Assembly (NCBI GenBank): GCA_965222615.1
Contig: CBDCUI010000009.1
Span: forward strand, 864,001-928,000
Direction: 5' to 3'
Length of the DNA stretch: 64,000 bases
Origin: Gammaproteobacteria bacterium
GTDB taxonomy: Bacteria > Pseudomonadota > Gammaproteobacteria > UBA4575
Below, in pieces: positions 21,938 to 36,300 of this stretch. The notes beneath the pieces are model-generated. The model ran no database searches. It was not told the origin of the DNA and worked only from the letters and a program-made list of their open reading frames with translations. Numbering within the stretch: position 1 is the stretch's first letter; each line of letters opens with the position of its first letter. Both the position numbers and the translations under genes were made by a program.

Positions 21938-22294
21938 TTAGCGAAGTTTTAAAATATAGCTTTTTTTGTTTTCACCTGTTTCAGAGCAAACCGCCACAAT
22001 AATTACTTCATTGAGCTCCTTTGGGATACTGACCCCTAGAAGATTACGCGTGAACGGCTGTTCTTTGTCATGTGGATGATGAAGAACACGTTCTCCAATT
22101 AACTCACCATCAGGAGAATAAATTCGCCATGCATTTGCAAAATGCTCCCAGCCTGTATCCGCATGTTTTATGGTTACTGAGATATTATATTTTTGTGCTG
22201 GAGTGAGTTCAGCTTTAACTTCGACAATTTCTGCATCACTAGCAAAACCCTTTGTCGTTAGTACAATGATAAATAGTATTAATAAAATTCTCAT
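21938..22294 (-). CDS. Conserved exported hypothetical protein
   Basis: Signal peptide; HADTGWEHFANAW and RVLHHPH motifs. Confidence 0.75.
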   Translation of the reverse strand: MRILLILFIIVLTTKGFASDAEIVEVKAELTPAQKYNISVTIKHADTGWEHFANAWRIYSPDGELIGERVLHHPHDKEQPFTRNLLGVSIPKELNEVIIVAVCSETGENKKSYILKLR

Positions 22295-22296
22295 AA

Positions 22297-22719
22297 CTAT
22301 TCCGTAGCAAAAATTTGTTTCATATCTTTAAACGATTTGAATTCTAAATAATTATTGCTTGGATCTTGTATAAACATAGTGGCTTGTTCACCAACCTGTC
22401 CTTTAAAGCGGATACATGGTTCGATATGAAATTTGACCTTTTCGCGTTTCAAACGTTCCGCTAAATGCTCCCACTCCCCCCAATTTAAAACGATACCAAA
22501 ATGCCGTACAGGTACATCATGCTCATCAACAGGATTCGATGGGGTAAACATGTCCTCATGGTCGTATAGATGTGCACTGATTTGATGTCCATAAAAATTA
22601 AAATCAATCCAGCGTTTATCCTCACGACCTACCTTACAGCCTAAAACCTCTACATAAAATTCTCGAGTCTTTTCTATGTCAAATACTGGAAAGGCTAAAT
22701 GAAATATAGAGCTAGGCAT
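22297..22719 (-). CDS. VOC/glyoxalase family protein
   Basis: FHLAFPV, WIDFNFYGHQ, HFG and DPSNNYLEFK motifs. Confidence 0.88.
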   Translation of the reverse strand: MPSSIFHLAFPVFDIEKTREFYVEVLGCKVGREDKRWIDFNFYGHQISAHLYDHEDMFTPSNPVDEHDVPVRHFGIVLNWGEWEHLAERLKREKVKFHIEPCIRFKGQVGEQATMFIQDPSNNYLEFKSFKDMKQIFATE

Positions 22720-22721
22720 GA

Positions 22722-23414
22722 TTACAAATACTTTTTTTGTTTTGGCTTTGAAGCCACATTATCTCTTAAATATACTGGTAATGCCTCAACTGCAGAAACT
22801 GCTTTTCCTTGCTGAAAATAGTAGTTCCCTAAATGAGCAATATACTCCGCCTGAGGAAATACCTTCCCATCATAAGAAATCTGCGCGCCACAACGATGTT
22901 GTAAAACTTCGGCATATTTTAACCAACCACTACCGGCACCAATACAATTTTCATCAATATCCATGTTTATCATTTCAGGTTGGATCACCTGTTCAGGTTC
23001 TACGATTTGCATAATATTGTCTTTGTTTAGTGAAAATAAACCAATATACACTTCATCCATTCTGGCATCGATGCAAGACAACACTTGTGTAGCCTGTTTA
23101 GTTTGGTATATCGCTTGTGCCATCGCCGCCAAAGAGGATATTGGCACTACAGGCAAATCATGCGCGAGTGCAACACCTTGAGTGACACTTGCGGCTAAGC
23201 GAACTCCCGTAAATGCACCCGGGCCACGCCCAAAGGCCATAGCATCTAACTGAGAGAGTTTTATCTGCCCCTGTGCAAGCACTTGTTCGCACATTGGCAG
23301 AATGATTTCATTATGCCTACGAGGTGCTATTTCACTCACTGCAAATATTTCTTTATCTAGTAATAATGCAGCAGAACACGATTCCGTAGCAGTCTCAACA
23401 GCAAGTAGCTTCAT
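22722..23414 (-). CDS. tsaB: tRNA threonylcarbamoyladenosine biosynthesis protein TsaB
   Basis: LAVETATE, GRGPGAFTGVR, DARMDEVY and PVYLR motifs. Confidence 0.95.
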   Translation of the reverse strand: MKLLAVETATESCSAALLLDKEIFAVSEIAPRRHNEIILPMCEQVLAQGQIKLSQLDAMAFGRGPGAFTGVRLAASVTQGVALAHDLPVVPISSLAAMAQAIYQTKQATQVLSCIDARMDEVYIGLFSLNKDNIMQIVEPEQVIQPEMINMDIDENCIGAGSGWLKYAEVLQHRCGAQISYDGKVFPQAEYIAHLGNYYFQQGKAVSAVEALPVYLRDNVASKPKQKKYL

Positions 23415-25329
23415 TTAAAGTACCGCGCACTTCTAGAAAGTGTACTACATCATCTAAATTTGAAGTGACCAACATATTCGGAAGACTATTAATAAAATAT
23501 TTTCCATACGACTTGCTAGTCAACCTAGGGTCACATATGGCAACGACCCCATAGTCTTCTTCATCACGTATTAAACGTCCTACACCTTGCTTTAAAGCGA
23601 TAACAGCTTGCGGTAGTTGATAACTTATAAAAGGATTACTACCAGTTTGGCGTAATACTTGTAACCTACCTATCAAAACAGGATCATCCGGAGTCGCAAA
23701 TGGCAACTTATCTATGATGACACAACTTAATGCTTCGCCACGGATATCCACGCCTTCCCAAAAGCTGCTAGTACCCAACAATACTGCATTATTTGTTTTT
23801 GCAAATTGATTAAGTAACTCGCGGCGTGGCGCCTCGCCTTGTACAAGTATGGAAAATTCATCATGTTCAATTAAATACTCGGCAGCAATACGCAAGGCAC
23901 GATGACTAGTAAATAATAAAAAAGCCCGGCCTCGATTTATTTCTAAAATAGGCAATATTGCGTCAAGCACTTCTTGCGTGTAATTTTTATCATTCGGCTG
24001 TGCTTCTATCTCTGGTAAAAATAATCGTGTATTACATTGATAGTCATAAGGACTATCCAACATAATAGTTTCAGCCTCGTTTAAGCCAAGTTGATTTTGA
24101 AAATGCTCAAATTTTGTGTTTACCGTTAAGGTTGCTGATGTAAATATCCAGCCACATTGGTAACGATCTATAAAAGCTTGGAAAGAATCAGCTACTACTA
24201 ATGGGGTACTGTGTAACTTAAAACCTCGCTCGAAACTTTCTAACCAGTTAATCATACCTTCTTGCTTTTCTGAAATCACAGTTAGTGCATATTCGATTCG
24301 TTCACATCTTTCCAAACATTTTGCTAACTGTTTACCTAGATCACTAATTTTTACGAGTTTTTCTGAAAGATTATTAAGTGATTTACATAATGCATTAAAT
24401 GCATCTTCTATTTTCGCTACAGTAATTACTTCATGCCATGGTTTTCGCTCACTAAGACCGACTAAGGATAATTGGAAATCTGCAGTACATTTTTTCAGCT
24501 CATCAATTACCTGACGAATTTGTTGTGCATCCGGCGCTTCTTCTAACTGTGCTTCAATTACATCCTTTTGCAAATCTTTGAGCTGGCGACTACTAATCGA
24601 TGTCGCCAGAAAAGTACTCGCTAGCTCTGGTAATTGATGTGCCTCATCAAATATAAAGGCTTGTGCAGAAGGTAATAATTCACCAAAACCTTCTTCCTTT
24701 AACGCCAAATCTGCAAAAAATAAATGGTGGTTTATGATAACTACATCTGCCTTTTGTGCTTTCTGCCTAGCCTTAACCACATAACATTGTTGATAGCTGG
24801 GACACTCTGATCCTAAACAATTATCTAATGTTGAAGTCACACTAGTCCAAATCGAATCACTTTCATTTATTTCGGAAAGTTCAGCAATCTCGCCAGACTT
24901 CGTTAATTGTGACCAGTCCTTTACAAATTGTATTTTTTCAGCGTAACGATTGTTGTGTTGCTGTATATGAGACGCATGGTGTTCTAAGCGATACAAACAA
25001 AGATAGTTAGCCCGACCCTTAAGTAAGGACGTAGTAATGGGTAGCTTCAAAATATCGAGTATGGCCGGTAAGTCTTTGAAATATAGCTGATCTTGTAAGT
25101 GCTTGGTACCGGTGGAGATGACTACTTTCTTATTCGATAATAAAACTGGAATCAAGTAGGCAAATGTTTTCCCTACCCCAGTACCGGCCTCGATGATCAA
25201 CTGATTAAAATTATTAAGTGCTGTTTCGACTGCTACAGCCATATGTTGTTGTTGTGGACGATGTTTAAAGTCCTCCAGCTTTTGAGACAGTAGCCCTGTA
25301 GGACTAAATATTTCTTCACTGTGCAACAT
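23395..25329 (-). CDS. yoaA: DinG/YoaA-family ATP-dependent helicase
   Basis: EAGTGVGKT, KGRANYLC, DEAHQL and SFWEGVD motifs; upstream of tsaB. Confidence 0.9.
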   Translation of the reverse strand: MLHSEEIFSPTGLLSQKLEDFKHRPQQQHMAVAVETALNNFNQLIIEAGTGVGKTFAYLIPVLLSNKKVVISTGTKHLQDQLYFKDLPAILDILKLPITTSLLKGRANYLCLYRLEHHASHIQQHNNRYAEKIQFVKDWSQLTKSGEIAELSEINESDSIWTSVTSTLDNCLGSECPSYQQCYVVKARQKAQKADVVIINHHLFFADLALKEEGFGELLPSAQAFIFDEAHQLPELASTFLATSISSRQLKDLQKDVIEAQLEEAPDAQQIRQVIDELKKCTADFQLSLVGLSERKPWHEVITVAKIEDAFNALCKSLNNLSEKLVKISDLGKQLAKCLERCERIEYALTVISEKQEGMINWLESFERGFKLHSTPLVVADSFQAFIDRYQCGWIFTSATLTVNTKFEHFQNQLGLNEAETIMLDSPYDYQCNTRLFLPEIEAQPNDKNYTQEVLDAILPILEINRGRAFLLFTSHRALRIAAEYLIEHDEFSILVQGEAPRRELLNQFAKTNNAVLLGTSSFWEGVDIRGEALSCVIIDKLPFATPDDPVLIGRLQVLRQTGSNPFISYQLPQAVIALKQGVGRLIRDEEDYGVVAICDPRLTSKSYGKYFINSLPNMLVTSNLDDVVHFLEVRGTLNEATCC

Positions 25330-25360
25330 TTAGAACTTATACGTCTTAGACTAGAATTTA

Positions 25361-25837
25361 TTATTCTTGCAATAGCAAAGCAACTGCAAAAGCAGCAACA
25401 CCCTCGCCTCTGCCAATAAAACTCATACCTTCGTTAGTAGTTGCCTTGATATTCACATTTTGTCCAGAAGTCTTTAGAAGTTTGCTGATGTTTTCTTTTA
25501 TATAGGGAATATGTTCAACCAATTTCGGTCTCTCTAAAACTACAGTACAATCTACATTGCTCACATAACATTTTATGTTTTCAAGTTCTTGAATAACTTT
25601 TTCTAATAATTCACTACTATCAATATCTTTATAGGCAGGATCTGAATCGGGGAAATGATTACCGATATCGCCCAACCCTGCAGCACCTAAAAGCGCATCA
25701 CATATTGCATGCAAAAGTACATCACCATCAGAATGCGCATCAATACCCTGACTAAATATTATTTTTTCACCACCAATTAATATATGATCGCCTTCAGTGA
25801 AGCGATGTGTGTCATAACCAAAACCGACTTTAATCAT
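25361..25837 (-). CDS. ispF: 2-C-methyl-D-erythritol 2,4-cyclodiphosphate synthase
   Basis: GYDTH, HSDGDVLLHA and KATTNE motifs. Confidence 0.96.
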   Translation of the reverse strand: MIKVGFGYDTHRFTEGDHILIGGEKIIFSQGIDAHSDGDVLLHAICDALLGAAGLGDIGNHFPDSDPAYKDIDSSELLEKVIQELENIKCYVSNVDCTVVLERPKLVEHIPYIKENISKLLKTSGQNVNIKATTNEGMSFIGRGEGVAAFAVALLLQE

Positions 25838-25970
25838 TTTTCAAAAAGCACCTTTTATTCCAATGCTTTAATGCAGTATTTTTTATGAGATTCATTTATA
25901 TATTTGCAAGCTCCTTTTTTCAAAAAGGCTACGTCTTGTTTTAAAACAAGATCCACTATTTTTAGCTCTT

Positions 25971-26708
25971 CTATACATTATCTTCACTATGAATAGAGTT
26001 CAGAATGAAACTTGCTTGTTTTAAATCCTCTTTACAGGTGATCTTAATATTATCACTTCTACCTTCGATTAATTTTACTTTAAAGTTAAGCGCTTCCATT
26101 GCTGAGGCTTCATCGGTTACATTAATTTTGTTGACAAAACAATAATCCAGTGCTTGCTTAAGTTTGCTGATACGAAACATTTGTGGAGTATAGGCTTTCC
26201 AAATATGTACGCGATCAAGCGTCTTGTTTACAACCAAGTCTCCAGCTTCATTTTCGGACTGTTTAACTGTGTCATGTACGCGAGAAGCTAATATCCCTCC
26301 CACCTCATCCTGTAGTAGGCTATTTATTAATAAATCCAAGTCGGAATAACATAAACATGGTCTAGCTGCATCATGCACTAAAACAAAGTCTTCAGGAGTA
26401 GATTTTTCCTGCAATTTATTTAATGCATTTTTTACCGACAACGCCCGGCTGCTGCCCCCTATTACCGTTTCGATCTTATCATGGTCAGCAATCGATAAGC
26501 CTTGCCAATTTTGGTCATCAGCACGTATCGCTACATAAATACCGGTTATTTGCGGATGTTGCAGAAAACCAGCGATAGAAGTCTCTATAACAGTTGATGA
26601 TAATAGTGGCAGGTAGGTTTTTGGCAGCTCAGTCCCCATGCGCCGACTGCTACCAGCAGCCGGGATTATGGCCCAGCAACGGGTTTGCCGATCTTGTTCA
26701 TCATTCAC
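25971..26708 (-). CDS. ispD: 2-C-methyl-D-erythritol 4-phosphate cytidylyltransferase
   Basis: IPAAGSSRRM, VHDAARP and NIKIT motifs. Confidence 0.95.
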   Translation of the reverse strand: MNDEQDRQTRCWAIIPAAGSSRRMGTELPKTYLPLLSSTVIETSIAGFLQHPQITGIYVAIRADDQNWQGLSIADHDKIETVIGGSSRALSVKNALNKLQEKSTPEDFVLVHDAARPCLCYSDLDLLINSLLQDEVGGILASRVHDTVKQSENEAGDLVVNKTLDRVHIWKAYTPQMFRISKLKQALDYCFVNKINVTDEASAMEALNFKVKLIEGRSDNIKITCKEDLKQASFILNSIHSEDNV

Positions 26709-26994
26709 CAGAATCTTTGTCGTTATTTTCTACAATATGAATAAAGGTTTCATCTTTTTTGATCATACCTAATTCATTTCTGGCACGTTCTTCAATAGCT
26801 TCCAGACCTGTTTTCAAATCCTCAACCTCAGCCTCTAACACAACATTACGTTGTTCAACCACTTCGTTCTTACTGCGCTGTTCCTTTACAGTTTGGCGCA
26901 GCTCGATTACTTCTCGAACACTCCCATCTCCAAACCATAGCTTGAATTGCATAATCAGTAACAACAAGCTCAATATTAAAATAAATATTTTCAT
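26701..26994 (-). CDS. ftsB: Cell division protein FtsB
   Basis: TM segment, LWFGDGS, coiled coil, EERARNELGMIK; eno-ftsB-ispD order. Confidence 0.95.
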   Translation of the reverse strand: MKIFILILSLLLLIMQFKLWFGDGSVREVIELRQTVKEQRSKNEVVEQRNVVLEAEVEDLKTGLEAIEERARNELGMIKKDETFIHIVENNDKDSGE

Positions 26995-28299
<1,305 letters not shown>

Positions 28300-28325
28300 T
28301 TATTTTTTTATTGAGCAAGGATTAT

Positions 28326-29153
28326 TTAATTCTCTATAAAACCGTTGCGTTTCACTAATTGGTCAATTTCTTTTAGGCTTTGTAAAAGCGGCTTCATCTT
28401 GGATAAAGGCCAAGAATTGAGGCCGTCACTCTTTGCGGCATCTGGATTAGGATGCGTTTCCATAAATAGTCCAGATATACCACTTGCTACTGCAGCTCGA
28501 GCCAACACTGGAACAAATTCGCGTTGACCACCGGAACTTGCGCCTTCACCGCCAGGCAATTGTACTGAATGAGTTGCATCGAATACCACAGGACACCTTG
28601 TATCACGCATGATTACAAGTGATCGCATATCCGAGACTAAATTATTATAGCCAAACGAAACGCCGCGCTCACATACTAAAATTTCTTCATTTCCTTGTGC
28701 TTTGGCTTTGTCCACTACATTTTTCATTTCAGCAGGAGATAAAAATTGGCCTTTCTTGATATTCATCGGTTGCATACATGCTGCGACACGCTGAATAAAA
28801 TTTGTCTGTCTACATAAAAATGCTGGAGTTTGTAAAACATCTACTACATCTGCCACTTCTTGCAACGGGGTATCTTCATGCACATCTGTTAAAACAGGCA
28901 AACCTAACTCCTTTTTAACTTGCGCTAAAATATGTAGACCCTTATCTATACCCAAACCTCGAAAACTTTTCGCAGAAGAGCGATTGGCTTTGTCAAAAGA
29001 AGATTTATAAATAAATGGAATTTGTAACTCTTGCGTAATCTCTTGTAGCTGCCCTGCTGTCTCACGAGCGAGTTCCATACTTTCGATGACACATGGTCCT
29101 GCAATTAAAAAAAAGGGCTGCTTTAGCCCTACATCATTACCACAAAGTTTCAT
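28326..29153 (-). CDS. kdsA: KDO 8-phosphate synthase
   Basis: [20 protein letters not shown] and DATHSVQ motifs. Confidence 0.97.
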   Translation of the reverse strand: MKLCGNDVGLKQPFFLIAGPCVIESMELARETAGQLQEITQELQIPFIYKSSFDKANRSSAKSFRGLGIDKGLHILAQVKKELGLPVLTDVHEDTPLQEVADVVDVLQTPAFLCRQTNFIQRVAACMQPMNIKKGQFLSPAEMKNVVDKAKAQGNEEILVCERGVSFGYNNLVSDMRSLVIMRDTRCPVVFDATHSVQLPGGEGASSGGQREFVPVLARAAVASGISGLFMETHPNPDAAKSDGLNSWPLSKMKPLLQSLKEIDQLVKRNGFIEN

Positions 29154-29168
29154 GAATCAATATACGAA

Positions 29169-30971
<1,803 letters not shown>

Positions 30972-30998
30972 TCACCACAATCCATAATATGTGTGATT

Positions 30999-32300
30999 TC
31001 ACACCGTTTCGGATGTTTGACAATAATCTGCAGCATTCCAATAGCCTAACACCGAAATTAGCTGATCCTGATAATATAATAAGGGAATGCGATCCCGCTC
31101 CCATGGCGGGATGCTTGCCTCTTGGAATAGGTTTTTCAAAGACCTATGGTGATTACTTCCAAAAGGCTTGAGGCTTTCACCACCCCGGCGAAAGCCTACT
31201 TTTAATGCCTTTGCATGAGGTGGCAACCTTATTCCATAACGATCTATGTCTGCTGGTTGTAATGTATACTCGATACTTTTGATATGAAGTGGTTGTTTAA
31301 TATCCCATTGAAATTCTTGCTCAGTATCATGCCCAGATAGCGGCTTCATTAAATATAGTTGCTGCCGATAACGACGCAACTCACCATCTGCCCAAGTTTG
31401 CACAGGTGAAGATTCCACTTCATCCTTGAATACGATATCCGTACAAATTTGATCCAGTATTTTTCTGCTTGGCACCCGCATCGCATGATCTTGTATCCAG
31501 CCACGCAATGCGTTCTTTACTCTGACTGAGCTTAATGCTTGCAAAGCCTTCACATTTAATACATTTGATTGTTCAGTATGAGCTGCTTGCAAGTCTATAC
31601 TTGCCAGAGCTTTGAGGCATTGCATTGCATCTGCTTGTAACTCAACAGCGCGCGTAAGCGTTTGCAATGCACTCGGCCATCGTTCAATAAGCTTGGGCAA
31701 GATTTTTTTGCGTAAATAGTTTCGATTAAAACTTATTGAGTCGTTTGATGCATCTTCTACCCAATGCAGTTGATGAGCTTGCGCATAATCTAATAAATCT
31801 GAACGTGTATAGTCCAATAAAGGACGTAGATGTTTACCACCATCGGTCTCGCGTTGATAAGACATCGCCGCCAATCCTGCTGGGCCAGCGCCACGCAATA
31901 ACTGTAGCAGTAATGTTTCTACTAAATCATTTTTATGGTGTGCAGTGACTAGACTATATTTATCTTCAACAAATTTAAATAATAGTTTATATCTCTCATT
32001 ACGAGCACTTTCTTCAATATTATTTTGCGAAATCTGATTTGGCTCGATATGCACAACTGATATCGGAATTTGCCAAGTTTCACAAATCGTTTTGCAATGT
32101 TGATCCCATTGTGCACTGTTTTGATGCAAATGATGATTTACATGCACCGCATGAATCGGTAATTGAGCTTCATGCATGATATGTAATAAAACCGTTGAGT
32201 CTAACCCACCACTAAATGCAACAATATATTTAGATATAGGCGGAAAGGAATGAAAAATTTGTTTAATCGCCGTGACAGATAACGACATATAACTAAGCAC
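30999..32300 (-). CDS. tilS: tRNA(Ile)-lysidine synthase
   Basis: AFSGGLDS, ESARNERY, HLRPLL and PPWERDRIP motifs. Confidence 0.95.
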   Translation of the reverse strand: MLSYMSLSVTAIKQIFHSFPPISKYIVAFSGGLDSTVLLHIMHEAQLPIHAVHVNHHLHQNSAQWDQHCKTICETWQIPISVVHIEPNQISQNNIEESARNERYKLLFKFVEDKYSLVTAHHKNDLVETLLLQLLRGAGPAGLAAMSYQRETDGGKHLRPLLDYTRSDLLDYAQAHQLHWVEDASNDSISFNRNYLRKKILPKLIERWPSALQTLTRAVELQADAMQCLKALASIDLQAAHTEQSNVLNVKALQALSSVRVKNALRGWIQDHAMRVPSRKILDQICTDIVFKDEVESSPVQTWADGELRRYRQQLYLMKPLSGHDTEQEFQWDIKQPLHIKSIEYTLQPADIDRYGIRLPPHAKALKVGFRRGGESLKPFGSNHHRSLKNLFQEASIPPWERDRIPLLYYQDQLISVLGYWNAADYCQTSETV

Positions 32301-32320
32301 TCATAATAATGAGTGAAGTA

Positions 32321-33283
32321 CTACACTGAATCTTTAAATGCACCATACTTAGTAAGGCGCTGATAACGAGCAGCTAATAAATCATCCAAAGTTTGTGACT
32401 TAAAATATTCTAATGCAGAACGCAGCGTCACACGAACATTTTTACAGGTTGTATCAATATCACGGTGTGCACCACCCAAAGGTTCTTCAATAACCTCATC
32501 TATTAATTCTAATTCTTTTAAACGTTGCGCTGTAATTCCCAAAGCCGTAGCCGCGTCTTCAGCCTTATTGGCATCTTTCCAAAGAATAGAGGCACAACCT
32601 TCCGGAGAAATCACTGAGTAAGTGCTATAACTTAACATCGATAAATAATCACCCACACCTATTGCTAAAGCTCCACCAGAACCACCCTCTCCAATTACGG
32701 TACATAAAATAGGTGTACGCAAATTGGACATGCGCTGCAAATTCACCGCAATAGCCTGGCTTTGACCACGTTCCTCTGCCCCGATTCCAGGATATGCCCC
32801 TGGAGTATCGATAAAAGTTAATACCGGTAATTTAAACCGCTCTGCAAGCTCCATAACTCTTAATGCCTTACGGTAGCCTTCTGGGCGCGGCATACCAAAG
32901 TTGCGGCGGATATTTTCATTGGTATTACGACCCTTTTGATGCCCAATGACTGCAACCGACGCGCCTTCGAATTTAGCCAAACCGGTTACAATTGCAGTAT
33001 CATCTGCATACATGCGATCGCCATGTAATTCAATAAAATTAGTAAACAGTCTTTCTACATAATCTAAGGTATAAGGTCGTTTTGGATGACGTGCTAGCTG
33101 GGCCACCTGCCAGGGAGTTAGATTAGAGAATATGGACTCGATTAAATTCTTAGACTTTGCTTGTAGCTTGGCAATTTCTTCATTTAAATTGAATTCATTG
33201 TCGCTCTCGACTAATCTCAATTCATCGATCTTCGCTTCTAGTTCAGCAATCGGCTGCTCAAAATCTAAATAATCTGGGTTCAT
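32321..33283 (-). CDS. accA: Acetyl-CoA carboxylase carboxyltransferase alpha subunit
   Basis: [16 protein letters not shown] and [10 protein letters not shown] motifs. Confidence 0.97.
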   Translation of the reverse strand: MNPDYLDFEQPIAELEAKIDELRLVESDNEFNLNEEIAKLQAKSKNLIESIFSNLTPWQVAQLARHPKRPYTLDYVERLFTNFIELHGDRMYADDTAIVTGLAKFEGASVAVIGHQKGRNTNENIRRNFGMPRPEGYRKALRVMELAERFKLPVLTFIDTPGAYPGIGAEERGQSQAIAVNLQRMSNLRTPILCTVIGEGGSGGALAIGVGDYLSMLSYSTYSVISPEGCASILWKDANKAEDAATALGITAQRLKELELIDEVIEEPLGGAHRDIDTTCKNVRVTLRSALEYFKSQTLDDLLAARYQRLTKYGAFKDSV

Positions 33284-33339
33284 ACTGTAAAAATTTTTAA
33301 TATCATTATCTGTACTTGTAACATACTATTAATACTAAA

Positions 33340-36300
33340 CTATACGTTAATCGATTGCTTCTTATATACGACGCTTGTATCTTGAACTTGAGACACTTTA
33401 CTAAGTCGTTGTAATAATTTTTCATCGAGAGAAATGTTCCAATCTTCAGAAAATTTCATTTTGGTAGCAATTGAGTCATTTTGATATTCAACTAAAATAG
33501 AGCAGTTACCATCTTTAAACGGAAATAATAATTGTTGCAGATCTTGCACAATTGTGGTTGCCATGCCTCCCGCCTTGATTTTGATATTCAACATAGTGCC
33601 ATAATCTTTCAAATATTGATCAAAGTTCCAAATTTCACTTGCTCGAATACGAACCCGGCCAGTATATTCGTCCCAGCCTAAGCTGCCTTTAATAATCAAA
33701 ATTTCGTCTTTTTTCAGTAAATGATCAAATTTAGCATAATCTTTAGCAAATACTGCTGCATCAATTCGGCCAGTATTATCATCAAGGGTTAAAAATGCGA
33801 TACGCCCTTTAGGGCTATTTCGCAACCTAATTTGATCCAATAGTCCAGCAACTAAAACTGTTTTCTCATCTGCACGTGACTGCCAAGCCTCTTTACTACT
33901 ACCACTGTAGCCTGTACTCAAGTACTCACTAATATTCTTATTAGTTATCTTTTTTAATTCGCCTTCATAACGTTTTATTGGATGGCCTGTTAAATAAAGA
34001 CCTAGTGTTTCACGTTCACCTTGTAATTTCTTTTCATCTTCCCACTCCGGCACAGACCGCACCTTACTTGTCTTCATGCTGGTCTCAGCATGTCCAAACA
34101 TATCATTTTGCCCGGTATCGCTATCACGTTGTCGCTGCTCGGCATGTCGTAACGATTTTTCAAGGTGTTGAAATAAGCTTGCACGGGTATATCCAAAACA
34201 ATCCATAGCTCCAGCTCGTATCAAGGCTTCAATACAACGACGGTTTACTTTTTGCGTGCCCAAGCGCATACAAAAATCATCTAAGTCTTGATATCCACCA
34301 GATTCATCTCGTATCGCCACAATTTGCTCAACAGCAGCCTGGCCTACACCCTTAATTGCCCCCAAGCCATATAGAATTATCTTTTCTTCAGGTACGGTAA
34401 AATTGTAATCCGAGCTATTAATATTTGGGGACTGCACTTCAAGACCCATACCACGGCACTCTGCAATGAGGTTGACCACCTTATCGGTATTGTCTAAATC
34501 TGATGACATTACCGAAGACATGAACTCTGCGGGATAATGAGTCTTTAGCCAGGCAGTTTGATAGGCCAATAAGGCATAGGCTACAGAGTGCGATTTATTA
34601 AATCCGTAACCTGCAAACTTTTCCATGAGATCAAAAATATAACTAGCAAGTCTTTGTTGTACGCCCCGTTTTGTAGTACCAGATATAAATATCTCGCGTT
34701 GTTGTGCCATTTCTTCAGGCTTCTTTTTCCCCATGGCACGACGCAATAGATCTGCACCTCCTAAGGTATAACCCGCCAAGACTTGTGCAATCTGCATCAC
34801 TTGCTCCTGGTATAAAATTACCCCATAGGTCTGTTTTAGAATAGGTTCTAAATCCGGGTGAAAATAATCTACACGTGCGCCATGCTTACGCAAAATAAAA
34901 TCATCCACCATACCTGACTGCAGTGGCCCAGGACGATACAAAGCGACTAATGCAACAATATCGTCAAACTTATCCGGTTTTAGTTTCTTTATGATGTCTT
35001 TAATACCACTAGACTCAAGTTGAAAAACAGCAGTCGTTTGCTGCCGTTTTAATGTTTCATAGGTAGCAACATCATCTAAAGGAATTTCATTTATATCAAT
35101 TAAAGTCTCATGCCGCTGTTGAAGATTTCCATTAACAAGCCGTATGGTGTTATCAATAATAGTTAAAGTACGTAATCCTAAAAAATCAAACTTAACTAAA
35201 CCAATCGCTTCAACATCATCTTTATCTAGTTGGGTAACAATATTTGTACCACCAGCCTCACAGTATAAAGGAGTAAAATCTGATAACTCTGTCGGTGCGA
35301 TGACAACACCTCCAGCATGCTTGCCAGCATTACGCGCCAGACCTTCTAGGGACATCGCCATATCTAAAATGGCACTTACATCTTCTTCATTTTCATATTG
35401 CTCTTGTAACAAAGGCTCTCGGTCTAAGGCCTTTTGTAAAGTCATCCCCACTTCAAATGGAATCAGTTTAGCTATACGGTCTACAAAACCATATGGATGC
35501 CCTAACACCCTTCCGACATCGCGCACTACTGCACGTGCTGCCATACTGCCATAAGTGATAATTTGACTCACATGAGTACGACCATAACGTTGCCCTACAT
35601 ATTCAATTACGCGGTCGCGATTATCCATGCAGAAATCAATATCAAAATCAGGCATGGACACACGCTCTGGATTTAAAAAGCGTTCAAAAAGTAAGTCATA
35701 ACGTAGCGGATCGATATCAGTTATCCCTAATGCATAAGCTACGAGTGAACCAGCACCTGAGCCACGGCCCGGCCCTACGGGTATAGCATTTTCTTTGGCC
35801 CAACGAGTAAAATCAGCAACGATAAGAAAGTAACCTGCATAGCCCATAGAGTTTATTACTTCCAATTCTGTATTTAGACGCGTTTGATAAGCATCAAGCT
35901 GTAACACATAATCATCACTTAGCTTCTGCAAGCGCTTTGCTAGTCCTTTTTCCGCCTCAGCCTGCATAAATTCTTGAGGAGTTAGTGCATTCGGGATTGG
36001 AAATTCCGGTAGAACATTACCCCCAAGTGTTAGTGTGACATTGCAACGTTTTGCGATTTCAACACTGTTGGTGATGGCTTCCGGTATATCTGCAAATAGC
36101 TCTGCCATTTCTTCACTACTGCGCAGGTACTGCTGCTCTGAATATAAGCGTGGCCGGCGTGGATCATTTAACACTCTTCCAGTTTGAATACATACACGAG
36201 TTTCGTGTGCAGCATATTGATCGCGGCGCAAGAAACACACTGCATTACTGGCCACTACTGGTAGTGAACGTTTTACTGCAAGTTGTAAAACATTATGTAT

